DNA of 64,000 nt. Origin: Candidatus Poribacteria bacterium. GTDB lineage: Bacteria; Poribacteria; WGA-4E; WGA-3G. Position 1 is the first letter of the stretch. Each line of letters starts with the position of its first letter. The notes beneath the pieces are model-generated. The model was not told the DNA's origin. It was given only the letters and a program-made list of their open reading frames with translations, and ran no database searches. The position numbers and the translations under genes were made by a program. The stretch is taken from contig JAPOQK010000023.1 in the NCBI GenBank assembly GCA_026710795.1, positions 1,525-65,524 of the forward strand, given 5' to 3'. Below, piece after piece: positions 10,924 through 21,058 of this stretch.

Positions 10924-12807
10924 CTATGATCCTACTGCTAATGCAACACCAGAGCGAATAATCGCTTGTGTGTCATAAGCATAACGGTCGTACAATGTAT
11001 TCACATCGCCATGTTCAATAAACTTATCGGGAACACCAAGTGTAGTAACACGGACATCTGTAACACCTTCTAAAGCAAGTGCTTCTAATACTGCACTACC
11101 AAAGCCTCCCATTAAAACTCCATCCTCCACAGTAATAACTTTACCAATATCTTTTGCCATTTCAACTATCAATTTTGTATCTAATGGTTTAACAAAACGG
11201 GCGTTGATGACTGAGGCGTTGATACCTGCTTCACACAAAGTTTCTGATGCTTCAAGTGCTGGATAAACCCTATTTCCTAAAGCAACAATTAACAAATCTT
11301 CTCCTTCACGACATATTTCAGCTTTTCCTATGTGCAGTGGTTTAGCTTCAGATGACAACTTTACTCCTATTCCAGTTCCACGTGGATACCTAAGTGCGAT
11401 TGGACCCTCTTCATAGGTCAATGCTGTTTTCAACATGTGCTGCAATTCATTTTCATCTTTTGGAGACATAGTAACAATATTAGGTATTGAACGTAAGTAC
11501 GCAATATCAAAAACACCGTGATGTGTTGGTCCGTCTGCACCGACAAGTCCAGCACGGTCAATAGCAAAGATGACTGGTAAATTTTGTATACAGACATCGT
11601 GTAGGACTTGGTCATAACCGCGTTGTAAAAAGGTTGAATAGATCGCCACCACAGGTTTTAGTCCCTCGGTAGCTAAACCAGCGGCAAAAGTCACTGCACA
11701 CTGTTCTGCTAATCCGACATCAAAACATCGATCTGGAAACGCGTCCGAAAACTTATCTAAACCCGTTCCTCCCGGCATAGCAGCAGTAACACCAATAATG
11801 CGTTTGTCCTTTTTTCCCTCTTCGATTAATATACGACTAAATACATCCGTATACTTAGGTATAGCGGAAACTGGTTTGAGTGATTTACCGGTTTTCAGAT
11901 CAAACTGACCACTGACACTGTAAAATCCAATTGGGTCTTCTTCTGCAGGCGCATATCCTAATCCTTTCTTCGTTACAACGTGCACTAAAATTGGACCCGA
12001 TAACTCACGTATTCCTGTCAGAACTGGTATGAGTGATTCCAAATCGTTTCCATCAAGTGGACCGAAATATCGGAATCCAAATTCCTCAAATAAAGTGCCA
12101 GGTTTCAACGATGCTTCAATCTTCTGTGCAAGTGCCTTTGCATCAGATGATATGAAATTCATCAATTCTTTTGCACCAGAACGAAGTCGGTTGTATCCGC
12201 GCGAACTAATTAATCTGTGAAAATGTTTTGAGATAGCACCAATAGTTGGTGAGATTGACATTTGATTGTCATTGAGAATTACAAGCATATCCTTTTTAAA
12301 GTCACCCGCTGCATTCAATCCTTCAAGTGCCATTCCACCCGTCAAACCACCATCTCCAATTATGGCTACAACATTGAAATCATCGTTGTTAACATCACGC
12401 GCTGTAGCAATGCCTAAGGCAGCAGAAATTGATGTACTTGAATGTCCTGCTCCAAAAACATCATACTTACTTTCATCACGGCTTAGAAACCCACTGATAC
12501 CATCTGTTTGTCGCAACGTATCAAACGTGCCAAAACGACCAGTTAATAGTTTATGTGGATATGCTTGATGTCCAATATCCCATATCACTTTATCGTATGG
12601 TGTGTCAAAAACAGTGTGTACTGCTATTGCAAGTTCCACAGTGCCAAAGTTAGGTGCGAAGTGTCCAGGATGCTTAGATAGAACTGTCAATAAATAGGCG
12701 CGCATTTCCTCTGCGAGTGTCTTAAGTTCACTTATATTTAAGTTCTTCAAATCCGATGGGTCGTTAATTTTTTCCAATACCATCCTATTCTCCGTTTTCA
12801 TTTTCAA
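10924..12807 (-). CDS. dxs: 1-deoxy-D-xylulose-5-phosphate synthase
   Basis: 627 aa. TPP-binding motifs (GDGGLTGGMALEGLNAAG, GHSSTSISAALG), transketolase-like pyrimidine-binding and C-terminal domains. Overlaps xseB by 23 nt. Confidence 0.95.
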   Translation of the reverse strand: MKMKTENRMVLEKINDPSDLKNLNISELKTLAEEMRAYLLTVLSKHPGHFAPNFGTVELAIAVHTVFDTPYDKVIWDIGHQAYPHKLLTGRFGTFDTLRQTDGISGFLSRDESKYDVFGAGHSSTSISAALGIATARDVNNDDFNVVAIIGDGGLTGGMALEGLNAAGDFKKDMLVILNDNQMSISPTIGAISKHFHRLISSRGYNRLRSGAKELMNFISSDAKALAQKIEASLKPGTLFEEFGFRYFGPLDGNDLESLIPVLTGIRELSGPILVHVVTKKGLGYAPAEEDPIGFYSVSGQFDLKTGKSLKPVSAIPKYTDVFSRILIEEGKKDKRIIGVTAAMPGGTGLDKFSDAFPDRCFDVGLAEQCAVTFAAGLATEGLKPVVAIYSTFLQRGYDQVLHDVCIQNLPVIFAIDRAGLVGADGPTHHGVFDIAYLRSIPNIVTMSPKDENELQHMLKTALTYEEGPIALRYPRGTGIGVKLSSEAKPLHIGKAEICREGEDLLIVALGNRVYPALEASETLCEAGINASVINARFVKPLDTKLIVEMAKDIGKVITVEDGVLMGGFGSAVLEALALEGVTDVRVTTLGVPDKFIEHGDVNTLYDRYAYDTQAIIRSGVALAVGS

Positions 12808-13015
12808 TTACCGATGCCCCATCGGTGTCACCACTGTTTTCGTTTGACAGGTTGTGTACACGGAGTTCTGCCTCTTCAAGGAGTTTCCTACACGAACGAA
12901 CTAAACCCACACCTTCTTCAAAAAGCGTTAGAGATGCGTCCAATTCCAACATGTCTGGTGACTCCAACTGGGCTACAATTTCTTTTAGTTTTTCAAGTTT
13001 CTCTTCAAAAGTCAA
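12785..13015 (-). CDS. xseB: Exodeoxyribonuclease VII small subunit
   Basis: 76 aa; MTFEEKLEKLKEIVAQLESPDMLELDASLTLFEEGVGLVRSCRKLLEEAELRV is the XseB signature; immediately downstream of xseA. Confidence 0.8.
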   Translation of the reverse strand: MTFEEKLEKLKEIVAQLESPDMLELDASLTLFEEGVGLVRSCRKLLEEAELRVHNLSNENSGDTDGASVIENENGE

Positions 13016-13104
13016 AGGTTTCTCCTTAAGTACTACACTGTGGTTATGCTATCCTACAAATCTCAATATTTTAATCTATTAATATCAAGTATTGGATATA
13101 CTAT

Positions 13105-14325
13105 TCATTCTGAATATTCCTTAACAGTACAAACAAGTCCTCCCTCTGCAAGTTTTACATCAAGCTGTTCTCCTACGTTAGTCTGTTGAATTGAGGTAAC
13201 AATATCTCCATCTGATGTCCTACAGATGCTATATCCACGTTTTAGTGTAGCTAATGGACTCAGCGAATTTAACCTATCAGCTAAAGACTGTAGCCGAATG
13301 TTCTCATCATCCAATATATCCATTATCACTCTATTACAGGTAACCTCAAGACCATCAACCGATTGGGACAGTTGATTAATAGTATCCATTCTTCTGGATG
13401 GAGAAAGACCTTCATCCAATGAATCAAGATGAGCGAGATATGTAGTAAGTCTTTGTAGGATGAGATGGTTAAGACGTGACGTTGTAGCGGAAAGTTGTGT
13501 TATCAATTCCTGTTGATCTGGAACTATATGCTCAACTGCAGCTGAGGGAGTAGGAGATCGGTGATCCGCTACCATATCAGAAATGGTGAAATCTGTTTCA
13601 TGACCAACAGCCGAAACTACAGGTATTCGAGATTCAAATATCGCTCTTGCTACAATTTCTTCATTAAATGCCCACAAGTCTTCCATTGAACCACCACCCC
13701 GTCCAACAATCATCACATCTATGTCTGTCCTATTGTTCATCACACGAATGGCATGTGCAATCTGTCCTCCTGCAGAATCACCTTGAACGAGAGTAGGGTA
13801 TAAATGTAATTCTGCTAAAGGAAAGCGTTTCTGGAGTTGTTGTTGAATATCTTGTATTGCAGCACCTGTCTCGGATGTGATTACTCCAATTTTCTTCGGA
13901 AATATAGGTAATGGCTTTTTATATCTATTATCAAATAGACCTTCCTCAGAGAGTCTTTGTTTCAAATCTTCAAATTCTCTTTGTAATGCACCAATACCAA
14001 GTGGTTCAGCTTTCGTGACTGTTATTTGATATAGACTACCAGCTGAGTAGATACCAATCTGTCCCCGTACCAATATCTCCTCACCATCGCGTGGCAAGGA
14101 TTTTAGCTGTGAGACACTACTTTTCCATATAACTCCTCTGATATTATTGTTCTCATCTTTCAGTGTGAAATAAATATGTCCGGATGAGGGTTGACTCAAA
14201 TTTGAAACTTGACCCTTAACCCATACATCTTGAAGCACAGGTTGTTCCCGAATAATACGCGACAAAGCACTTGTGATTTGAGTTACACTGAATATTGTAC
14301 GAGGTATGGGTATATCTAATGGCAT
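13105..14325 (-). CDS. xseA: Exodeoxyribonuclease VII large subunit
   Basis: 406 aa; N-terminal OB-fold (VWVKGQVSNLSQPSSGHIYFTLKD) and catalytic core (GRGGGSMEDLWAFNEE). Confidence 0.9.
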   Translation of the reverse strand: MPLDIPIPRTIFSVTQITSALSRIIREQPVLQDVWVKGQVSNLSQPSSGHIYFTLKDENNNIRGVIWKSSVSQLKSLPRDGEEILVRGQIGIYSAGSLYQITVTKAEPLGIGALQREFEDLKQRLSEEGLFDNRYKKPLPIFPKKIGVITSETGAAIQDIQQQLQKRFPLAELHLYPTLVQGDSAGGQIAHAIRVMNNRTDIDVMIVGRGGGSMEDLWAFNEEIVARAIFESRIPVVSAVGHETDFTISDMVADHRSPTPSAAVEHIVPDQQELITQLSATTSRLNHLILQRLTTYLAHLDSLDEGLSPSRRMDTINQLSQSVDGLEVTCNRVIMDILDDENIRLQSLADRLNSLSPLATLKRGYSICRTSDGDIVTSIQQTNVGEQLDVKLAEGGLVCTVKEYSE

Positions 14326-14391
14326 CTAAGATTTCCATTTCATGTTAACTTCATTGTATCTAAAGTATTGAATATAGATCTGAATAACTTA

Positions 14392-15180
14392 TCATATCTG
14401 ATATTGAATTCTCTCTATATTCTCAGCTAAACCTGTTTGTTCATTCAATTCAATCTGAACAGCATTTAACCTAATATTGTCTTTGGCAACACCAAACCGG
14501 GAAGGCATCAATGTTAAAAAACTTTCAATGACCTGCTCTGTTTTGCTACCTATAACCGAATCGTGTGGACCTGTCATACCGACATCTGTAATATAGGCAG
14601 TTCCTTTAGGTAGAATGCGTTCATCTGCAGTCTGAACATGTGTATGTGTACCGACCACTCCACTAACTTGACCATCTGCATACCAACCCATAGCAATCTT
14701 TTCAGATGTTGCTTCAGCATGAAAATCTAAAATAATATAAGGTGTTACTTCTTTAACAGTAGTTAAGGTTGAATCCAGTACATGAAACGGATTAGTGTAC
14801 CTATTCATGAATATCTGACCTGCAAGGTTGATTACCCCAAGTTTCTTAGTGTCATCAGCAGAGGAAACTATTGTAAAACCACGTCCAGGAACATTCACTG
14901 GATAATTTGCAGGACGAATCAACTGTGGAGTAGTGTCAATAAAATCAAGTATTTCCTTCTGTGCCCATACATGGTTACCCGATGTAATAACAGAAACACC
15001 TGATGCTAACAATTGGTCTACAATATCAAAAGTTAACCCTTTTCCTCCAGCAGCATTTTCACCATTTGCAATGATAAAGTCATATTGATCCGTAGAATGT
15101 TTGTTTATTTCTTTTAGATATTCAACGACTACCCTTCTCCCCGGATTTCCAACAATATCTCCAATAAATAGTATTTTCAT
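14392..15180 (-). CDS. YmdB-like TIGR00282-family metallophosphoesterase (2',3'-cyclic nucleotide phosphodiesterase-like)
   Basis: MKILFIGDIVGNPGRR...IIANGENAAGGKGLT...DFHAEATSEK...GTHTHVQTADE motifs of the YmdB calcineurin-like family. Confidence 0.8.
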   Translation of the reverse strand: MKILFIGDIVGNPGRRVVVEYLKEINKHSTDQYDFIIANGENAAGGKGLTFDIVDQLLASGVSVITSGNHVWAQKEILDFIDTTPQLIRPANYPVNVPGRGFTIVSSADDTKKLGVINLAGQIFMNRYTNPFHVLDSTLTTVKEVTPYIILDFHAEATSEKIAMGWYADGQVSGVVGTHTHVQTADERILPKGTAYITDVGMTGPHDSVIGSKTEQVIESFLTLMPSRFGVAKDNIRLNAVQIELNEQTGLAENIERIQYQI

Positions 15181-15337
15181 TTTTTTGTATTCGCATTTCT
15201 CGTAATTATTTTACGTTTCACTTGTGCAATTTTATTGTAGTGAAAACTGTTATTTTTAAAATATACTAATATCCCAATTCACTGCACAAGTTTGTGATTT
15301 TTGTGAATTTACTTGTTAGTATTTGTATCGTACAATA

Positions 15338-15871
15338 TTATGGTGATGCAATTTTTGTTTCTAACTCGTCAAGCGTATATACTGATGAAAACGAACATCC
15401 GAGTGCGTTTATTTTTTTCTCTCCCCCTGCTTGACGGTCAATGACTGCTACAACATGTTCAACTATATGTCCTTCACCACGAACCTGTTCTATGGATGTA
15501 CATACCTGTCCTGCAGTCGTTATAACATCTTCTATTACAACAAGTTTACTATTCTCCTTTACACCTCCTTCTATTAGATCACTTGTTCCGTAAGTTTTTG
15601 CTTCCTTACGAACATAATAACATGGAATACCCGTTTTTAGTGAAATTGCGGTTGCAAGTGGGATACCCCCTAATTCCAATCCGGCTAAACCATCAAAATC
15701 TTTCGGTAGTAGTTTTACCATCTCTTCAGCAATGGCTATGAGTAGTTTTGGATTACTTTCAAAACGATATTTATCCCAATAAAAGTTGCTGATATTTCCA
15801 GAACGGAGTTTGAATTCACCCGTGAGATACGATACTGCGCGTATCTGTTTTGCTAAGTCTGCTTTTGTCAT
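15338..15871 (-). CDS. pyrE: Orotate phosphoribosyltransferase
   Basis: 177 aa type-I PRTase; PRPP-binding motif VVIEDVITTAGQ. Confidence 0.85.
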   Translation of the reverse strand: MTKADLAKQIRAVSYLTGEFKLRSGNISNFYWDKYRFESNPKLLIAIAEEMVKLLPKDFDGLAGLELGGIPLATAISLKTGIPCYYVRKEAKTYGTSDLIEGGVKENSKLVVIEDVITTAGQVCTSIEQVRGEGHIVEHVVAVIDRQAGGEKKINALGCSFSSVYTLDELETKIASP

Positions 15872-15895
15872 AAATGATCACCATTCAAACGTGGA

Positions 15896-16942
15896 TTATT
15901 CCACATCAATGTGTGCTTCATCTCCTGCGATCACTTCACCAATAACGGAGGCTTCTGGACAATCAGCAGCATGTAGTTCTTTTAAAGCTGCATCAGCATT
16001 TTCAGCTGGAAGGGCAAATAATAGTCCACCAGATGTTTCAGCCTCCATCATAATATGTCGCAACTCTTTCGATACTGTTGAATTAAATGAGACTTTATCC
16101 GCAAGGAACTTTGTATTTGCTGTATAGGCTTGGGTGTATGTATTCTTTGCAACCAAATCGGGAGCATCATCAAAGTAAGGGATAGATGAACTATTAAATC
16201 GTAACCGTATATTATTACCTTCCGCCATTTCAGAGGCATGTCCTAACAACCCATAACCTGTGACATCGGTGCATGCTGATACACCATGTTTTAACATTAC
16301 CTCAGACGCAGATGCATTGAGTCGTGTCATCGATTCAACCAATGTTGGTAGAATTTCATCACTTATTTTATTGAATTTAATTCCCGTTGTAAGTATTCCT
16401 ATACCAAGTTTTTTCGTTAATATAAGGACATCACCAATTCGTGCTCCGAAATTTTTTACATATCTATCAGGATGAACAATGCCTGTTACAGCCAAGCCAT
16501 ACATCAGTTCAGGGGATTCCACTGTATGTCCACCCACAAGTGCAGCACCGGATTCAATTGCTTTTTCTGCTCCACCCCTGACAATATCACCCAGAATCGA
16601 TATTTCAAGATCTTCTTTTGGCCAGCACGTGATATTTAAGGCTGTTTTTGGAATACCACCCATGCTATATACATCGCTGAGTGAATTCGTTGCTGCAATT
16701 GCACCGAATGTATATGGGTCATCAACAATAGGTGTAAAGTAATCAACCGTATTGACAAGTGCAAGGTCATCAGAAATGCGGTATATTCCCGCGTCATCCG
16801 AGGTTTCAGTACCTACAAGTAGATTTGGGTCAGTAGATTTGGGAAGACAGTCTAAAATGTGTGATAGCTCACCCGGAGCCAATTTTGATGCTCAGCCAGC
16901 ACATTTAACTGTTTCTGTAAGGCGAATCTTTTTCTTTTTCAT
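15896..16942 (-). CDS. selD: Selenide, water dikinase SelD, a selenoprotein with in-frame UGA (Sec) at 16894..16892; true gene extends 60 nt upstream of the ORF-track call
   Basis: The track ORF (start 16882, TTG) is preceded in frame by ATG(16942)-AAA-AAG-AAA-AAG-ATT-CGC-CTT-ACA-GAA-ACA-GTT-AAA-TGT-GCT-GGC-TGA-GCA-TCA-AAA-TTG. This reads MKKKKIRLTETVKCAG-U-ASKLAPGELSHIL, which aligns residue-for-residue with E. coli SelD IRLTQYSHGAG-C17-GCKISPKVLETIL. The UGA sits at the catalytic Cys17 position. The rest of the protein is a canonical AIR-synthase-like SelD. Confidence 0.85.
16866..16880 (-). promoter_or_regulatory. Candidate SECIS-like hairpin 12 nt downstream of the selD UGA (GGCUC-CGGGU-GAGCU)
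   Basis: mRNA UGA-GCAUCAAAAUU-GGCUCCGGGUGAGCU: a 5-bp stem (one G-U) with a 5-nt G-rich loop. It begins 12 nt after UGA, the same spacing as the hairpin in the UGSC selenoprotein gene. Small, so low confidence. Confidence 0.3.
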
Positions 16943-17071
16943 TAGTATATGTAATGTAATTTTATAAGTGAATCAGGTTGAATGTATTAGAATAACAGGT
17001 TAATGTTTGTATGGTTTAAAATCCTATATAATTCGATACTTTATACATGAATTTTATTATGTATTTTAACT

Positions 17072-17971
17072 TTATGATTTATGGTCACTTAAAACTGATT
17101 TTACATACGCTACACTCCGACCATCTTGATGGAACTGGTCACCATATCTGACTCCCTCAATTGCAAGATAACCGTCGTAGTTGACATCTAATAATGCCGT
17201 AATAGCAAAACGATAGTCTATTTCACCATCTGGAAGTGGTACTTGAACGTATATGGCAGTTTCTAACTCTGGTATATGTACACGATAAAGACTCTTACAA
17301 TGCCAATAATTGACATGCGAAGCTAATGCAACAATTGCATCTTCACACGTTTCCTCTGGAATATCGTATGTCCAATAGATATTTCCTAAATCAGGATTAA
17401 TCCCAACATTCGGTGCATCAATTAACGACAACAAATGTAAAGCAGACCAACTGTTGTCTACGATTGAATTTTGATGCACCTCAATAGAGATAGAAACATT
17501 TAAATCGTCTGCATGCGATGCTACTTCAGAAATTGCACTTGCTGTCTGCTCAAAATCTATTGAACTTGCCTGACGACTGGACCCTTGAGAAACAGATTCA
17601 CCACGATACGTGCCTTTACCGTTTGGATCTGTAGGTGGGGTAGTTACCGTTGAATTGACAACTTCAGCACCAATTTTGGCAGCAAAATTTACAGCATTTA
17701 TCATAGCTTGTTTGTTTCCAGCAGCAACACGTGGATCTGCAGCACCTCCTCCACCGCGTACTGCAACACACGGCATACCTGCATCTTCAAGTTGTGAACG
17801 CAGCGTATCTACTTCTGTATCAGATATGGTCATTCTCGGAAGTTCAATACCCTCAAACCCAATCTCTTTTGCTTTTTTCAAGAACTGTTGTCGATTGGCG
17901 GAATCACTTGGAAGTCCGCCACCGTTATATGGATACAAGGCACACCGACGAAACGCATACGCAATTTTCAT
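17072..17971 (-). CDS. Sugar phosphate isomerase/epimerase (xylose-isomerase-like TIM barrel)
   Basis: 299 aa; resembles AP-endonuclease 2/xylose isomerase-like TIM barrel proteins (…GFEGIELP…, metal-binding E/D/H pattern). Start abuts the stop of the HD-domain gene. Confidence 0.55.
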   Translation of the reverse strand: MKIAYAFRRCALYPYNGGGLPSDSANRQQFLKKAKEIGFEGIELPRMTISDTEVDTLRSQLEDAGMPCVAVRGGGGAADPRVAAGNKQAMINAVNFAAKIGAEVVNSTVTTPPTDPNGKGTYRGESVSQGSSRQASSIDFEQTASAISEVASHADDLNVSISIEVHQNSIVDNSWSALHLLSLIDAPNVGINPDLGNIYWTYDIPEETCEDAIVALASHVNYWHCKSLYRVHIPELETAIYVQVPLPDGEIDYRFAITALLDVNYDGYLAIEGVRYGDQFHQDGRSVAYVKSVLSDHKS

Positions 17972-18628
17972 TTATTGACCTTCAAAGATATACATTACAA
18001 CTTGTTGTAGTTGTTCAAAAATAAAGTTGAATTGTTTTTGGACTACTCCACTGTTCGAATCTTTTATCTTAGATTCTTTCTGTGTTCGCAGACTATCCAA
18101 AACGCTTCGGTAATACCATTCTTGTGCTTCAAGTCCACCATGGAATCTATCCCAAACTGCTTCACCAATGTTATCATATTCAGATATGACAGTCCTAAGG
18201 TTGTGAAGTTTATCAGCACAGGTTACAATACAAATCTCTGTACTAGCAGTCTTTAACGCCTCAATCCGTTCTGTCTTTCTCTCACGCCATCGTAGGGACT
18301 TGTTCTCAGAACAACCATCTACAATATCTGCCACAGTATCACCAAAATCTTTACGAATGGTATCTAATGTCAATTCGGTATCCTCTACAGTATCATGGAG
18401 GATACCCGCTATTATCAATGTTTCAGAACACCCTACCTCCATTAATAATAAACCAACAGCATACGGATGAGTAATATACGGAGTAGAAGTGCCTTTCCTA
18501 AATTGTCCATTGTGAGCCTGTGCCGCGACTTCTATGGCTTCTTCAATACTGTTTTTACAATTGCCTTTTTCCGTCATGCTTTCTTTCACTTCTTTCTTCT
18601 TATCCGTAACTGTGAGTTTGCTAAACAT
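17972..18628 (-). CDS. HD-domain (p)ppGpp hydrolase-like small alarmone hydrolase (RelA/SpoT HD family)
   Basis: EAIEVAAQAHNGQFRKG…PYITHPYAVG…AGILHDTVEDT match the RelA/SpoT-type HD hydrolase motifs. 218 aa, with no synthetase domain. Confidence 0.6.
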   Translation of the reverse strand: MFSKLTVTDKKKEVKESMTEKGNCKNSIEEAIEVAAQAHNGQFRKGTSTPYITHPYAVGLLLMEVGCSETLIIAGILHDTVEDTELTLDTIRKDFGDTVADIVDGCSENKSLRWRERKTERIEALKTASTEICIVTCADKLHNLRTVISEYDNIGEAVWDRFHGGLEAQEWYYRSVLDSLRTQKESKIKDSNSGVVQKQFNFIFEQLQQVVMYIFEGQ

Positions 18629-18794
18629 GTAGGTATAAATTTGGAGATTAAAACTGACTTAAATGATACACTAATTTAGACTCTCCGTCAAGATATTTTT
18701 AAAATAGGCTTATATTGCTAAAAACGATTTATCAAAAATTGAGTTTACGCTCCGATGCGTTTTGTAAAGAAATAAAGACGACAAAGGATAGAAT

Positions 18795-20248
18795 ATGCAT
18801 AACATTGCTATCGGTGGAATAATGCATGAATCAAACACATTCAATAACACATTAACTGATATTGATGACTTTTCATGTATTCTTGGTGACGATATATTAT
18901 CATTTTGGAAGGATTCACATCATGAGGTAGGTGGATTTGTCCACGGTTTAGAAGTATTGGGTTTCTCTCCATATCCTACGTTAATGGCAGCTGCAACACC
19001 TGCTGGTCCCGTATCTGATTCTGCCTTCGATACACTCACTAATATGTTGATACAACAACTAAAAGCAATTCCAATTTTGGACGGTTTGCTGCTGGCACTA
19101 CATGGTGCAATGGTTGTTGAGAGTTATCCAGATGGTGATGGAGAAGTGTTGCGAAGACTACGAGAAATATATGGACAATCTTTCCCTATAGTTGTAACAC
19201 TTGACCACCATGCGAATGTATCTCAACAAATGGTTGAACTATCAACAGCACTTATTATTTACAAGACAAATCCACATATTGATCAAAAACAACGTGGGAT
19301 ACAAGCAACAGAATTGATGATAAGTATTCTCAAAGAGGAAGTATCACCTACTCAGATACTTGCTAAACCACCAATGATTCTCAATATCCTATATCAGAAC
19401 ACAAGTGCAGAACCTATGTCATCCATAATAAATTTTGCTAATCAAATGGAGAACGATGACAACGTACTTGTTGCTAATGTTGCAGCGGGGTACCCTTATG
19501 CAGATGTTCCAGAGGTAGGTCCATCCTTCGTTGTTGTGACAAACCACGATTCTCATCTTGCCCAGTTAAACGCAGATAAGTTATCAAGTATATTGTGGAA
19601 TACACGTGACAAACTTACGCTTGATTTACCTGATGCTGCCGAAGCAGTCCAACAAGCAATTCATTCTAATGAACAACCTGTGATTCTTGTAGAAATGGGT
19701 GATAACATTGGTGGTGGTTCACCAGGGATAGTACTATCATTCTGACAGAATTGATACGACAGAAAGCATCTGGATTTGTAGTTGTTCTGTATGATCCTAA
19801 TTGTGTTCAAACCTGTATACAGGAAGGTATTAGCAATGAAGTTTCCTTACAGGTTGGTGGAAAAACAGACAAACAACATGGTAAACCTGTTCCAATACAA
19901 GGAACAGTCCGCCTAATTCATGATGGACATTTTATTGAGACAGAACCTCGGCACGGAGGACAGAAGTATCATAATCAAGGTTTGACAGCTGTTGTTGCGA
20001 TAGAAGACGCATTTGTTGTTTTGACAAGTAAACGACAAACCCCATTTAGTCTACAACAACTGCTGAGTCTCGGAATCAACCCAGTTGAAATGCGTATTAT
20101 TGTCGTCAAAGCTGCCATCGCATATCGCGCTGCTTATGAACCAATTGCTGGTAAGATCATTGAGGTAGATACACCTGGGTTGACAGCAGTAAATCCGCAA
20201 CATTTTACATATCAAAATGTGCGAAAACCCCTATTTCCTCTCGATTGA
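18795..20248 (+). pseudogene. MlrC/M81-family metallopeptidase (microcystinase C-like) interrupted by a -1 frameshift at a G-run (19725..19727)
   Basis: ORF 18795..19745 (MHNIAIGGIMHESNTFN…, MlrC N-domain) and ORF 19751..20248 (MlrC C-domain) are consecutive. Reading ccaggg|atagt… in the +2 frame gives PG-DSTIILTELIRQKASGFVVV, continuous with the second ORF. One extra G at 19725..19727 would restore a ~485-aa protein. Confidence 0.65.
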
Positions 20249-20718
20249 TCCCATCTAAACATCTGGGACAACATATATACTTATAGAATTCAATATGCAA
20301 TATGTATATATAACAGACACATTTAATTGTCACGAATCGCATGTATTGAAGCGGTTCCTAAACGCAATTCACACACATTTATTGATGTATTATGGTTTCC
20401 AAACCTAACTAAAAAAGTTTTAGAGTCAATTCCGACTAAAATTGTCATATATAAGCCGTTAATCCTGTTCTGATAAGGGTTTTTAGCACTATACGAAAAA
20501 TGACAATATTATAATTGACTCTAAAAACTCTAAAGTATGACATTTAAAACCTGTTAATTGTCGTCAATATATTGTAGAAACGGATCAATCACTCCTACTT
20601 CAAATCTATTCATATTTCAGATATATAACAATTGATGTCTCTGATATATACAATCAAAATATTTGACTTCAGATTGAGTATGTGTTAACATAACATCAAT
20701 TTATGGAAGGAAGTTATT

Positions 20719-21048
20719 ATGTCTACACAAGAAGAACTATATGATGTCGCGCTTACACATTTTGCTGATAATGAACCTGATAAAGCCGTGAATGCGTTTA
20801 ATGTCCTTATTGAGAAATATCCAGACTATATAGAAGGATATCTGGGACTTGGGCATGCGTATGAAAGATTAGGACAATACGATGAGGCAATTGAAGCTGT
20901 TCAAAAAGCAATTGAAATCAATCCAAATGATCCACTCGCATACACCAGTTTGTCTATCTGTTACCAACGAAAAGGGATGATTCAGGAAGCAGAAGATGCT
21001 ATGGCAAAATCTCAACAGATTCAGTTGGAAACTTCCACCGAATCATAA
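20719..21048 (+). CDS. TPR-repeat protein (109 aa)
   Basis: Three TPR-like repeats (AVNAFNVLIEKYPDYIEGYLGLGHAYERLGQYDEAIEAVQKAIEINPND…). Confidence 0.6.
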   Translation: MSTQEELYDVALTHFADNEPDKAVNAFNVLIEKYPDYIEGYLGLGHAYERLGQYDEAIEAVQKAIEINPNDPLAYTSLSICYQRKGMIQEAEDAMAKSQQIQLETSTES

Positions 21049-21058
21049 TTGGAGATTG

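Noticed and set aside
19722-19727. Treating the MlrC interruption as another selenocysteine/recoding site
   Set aside because: The interruption is a frame change at a homopolymer, not an in-frame UGA. The downstream frame continues the same family alignment only after a -1 shift, so it is a frameshift or sequencing error rather than recoding.
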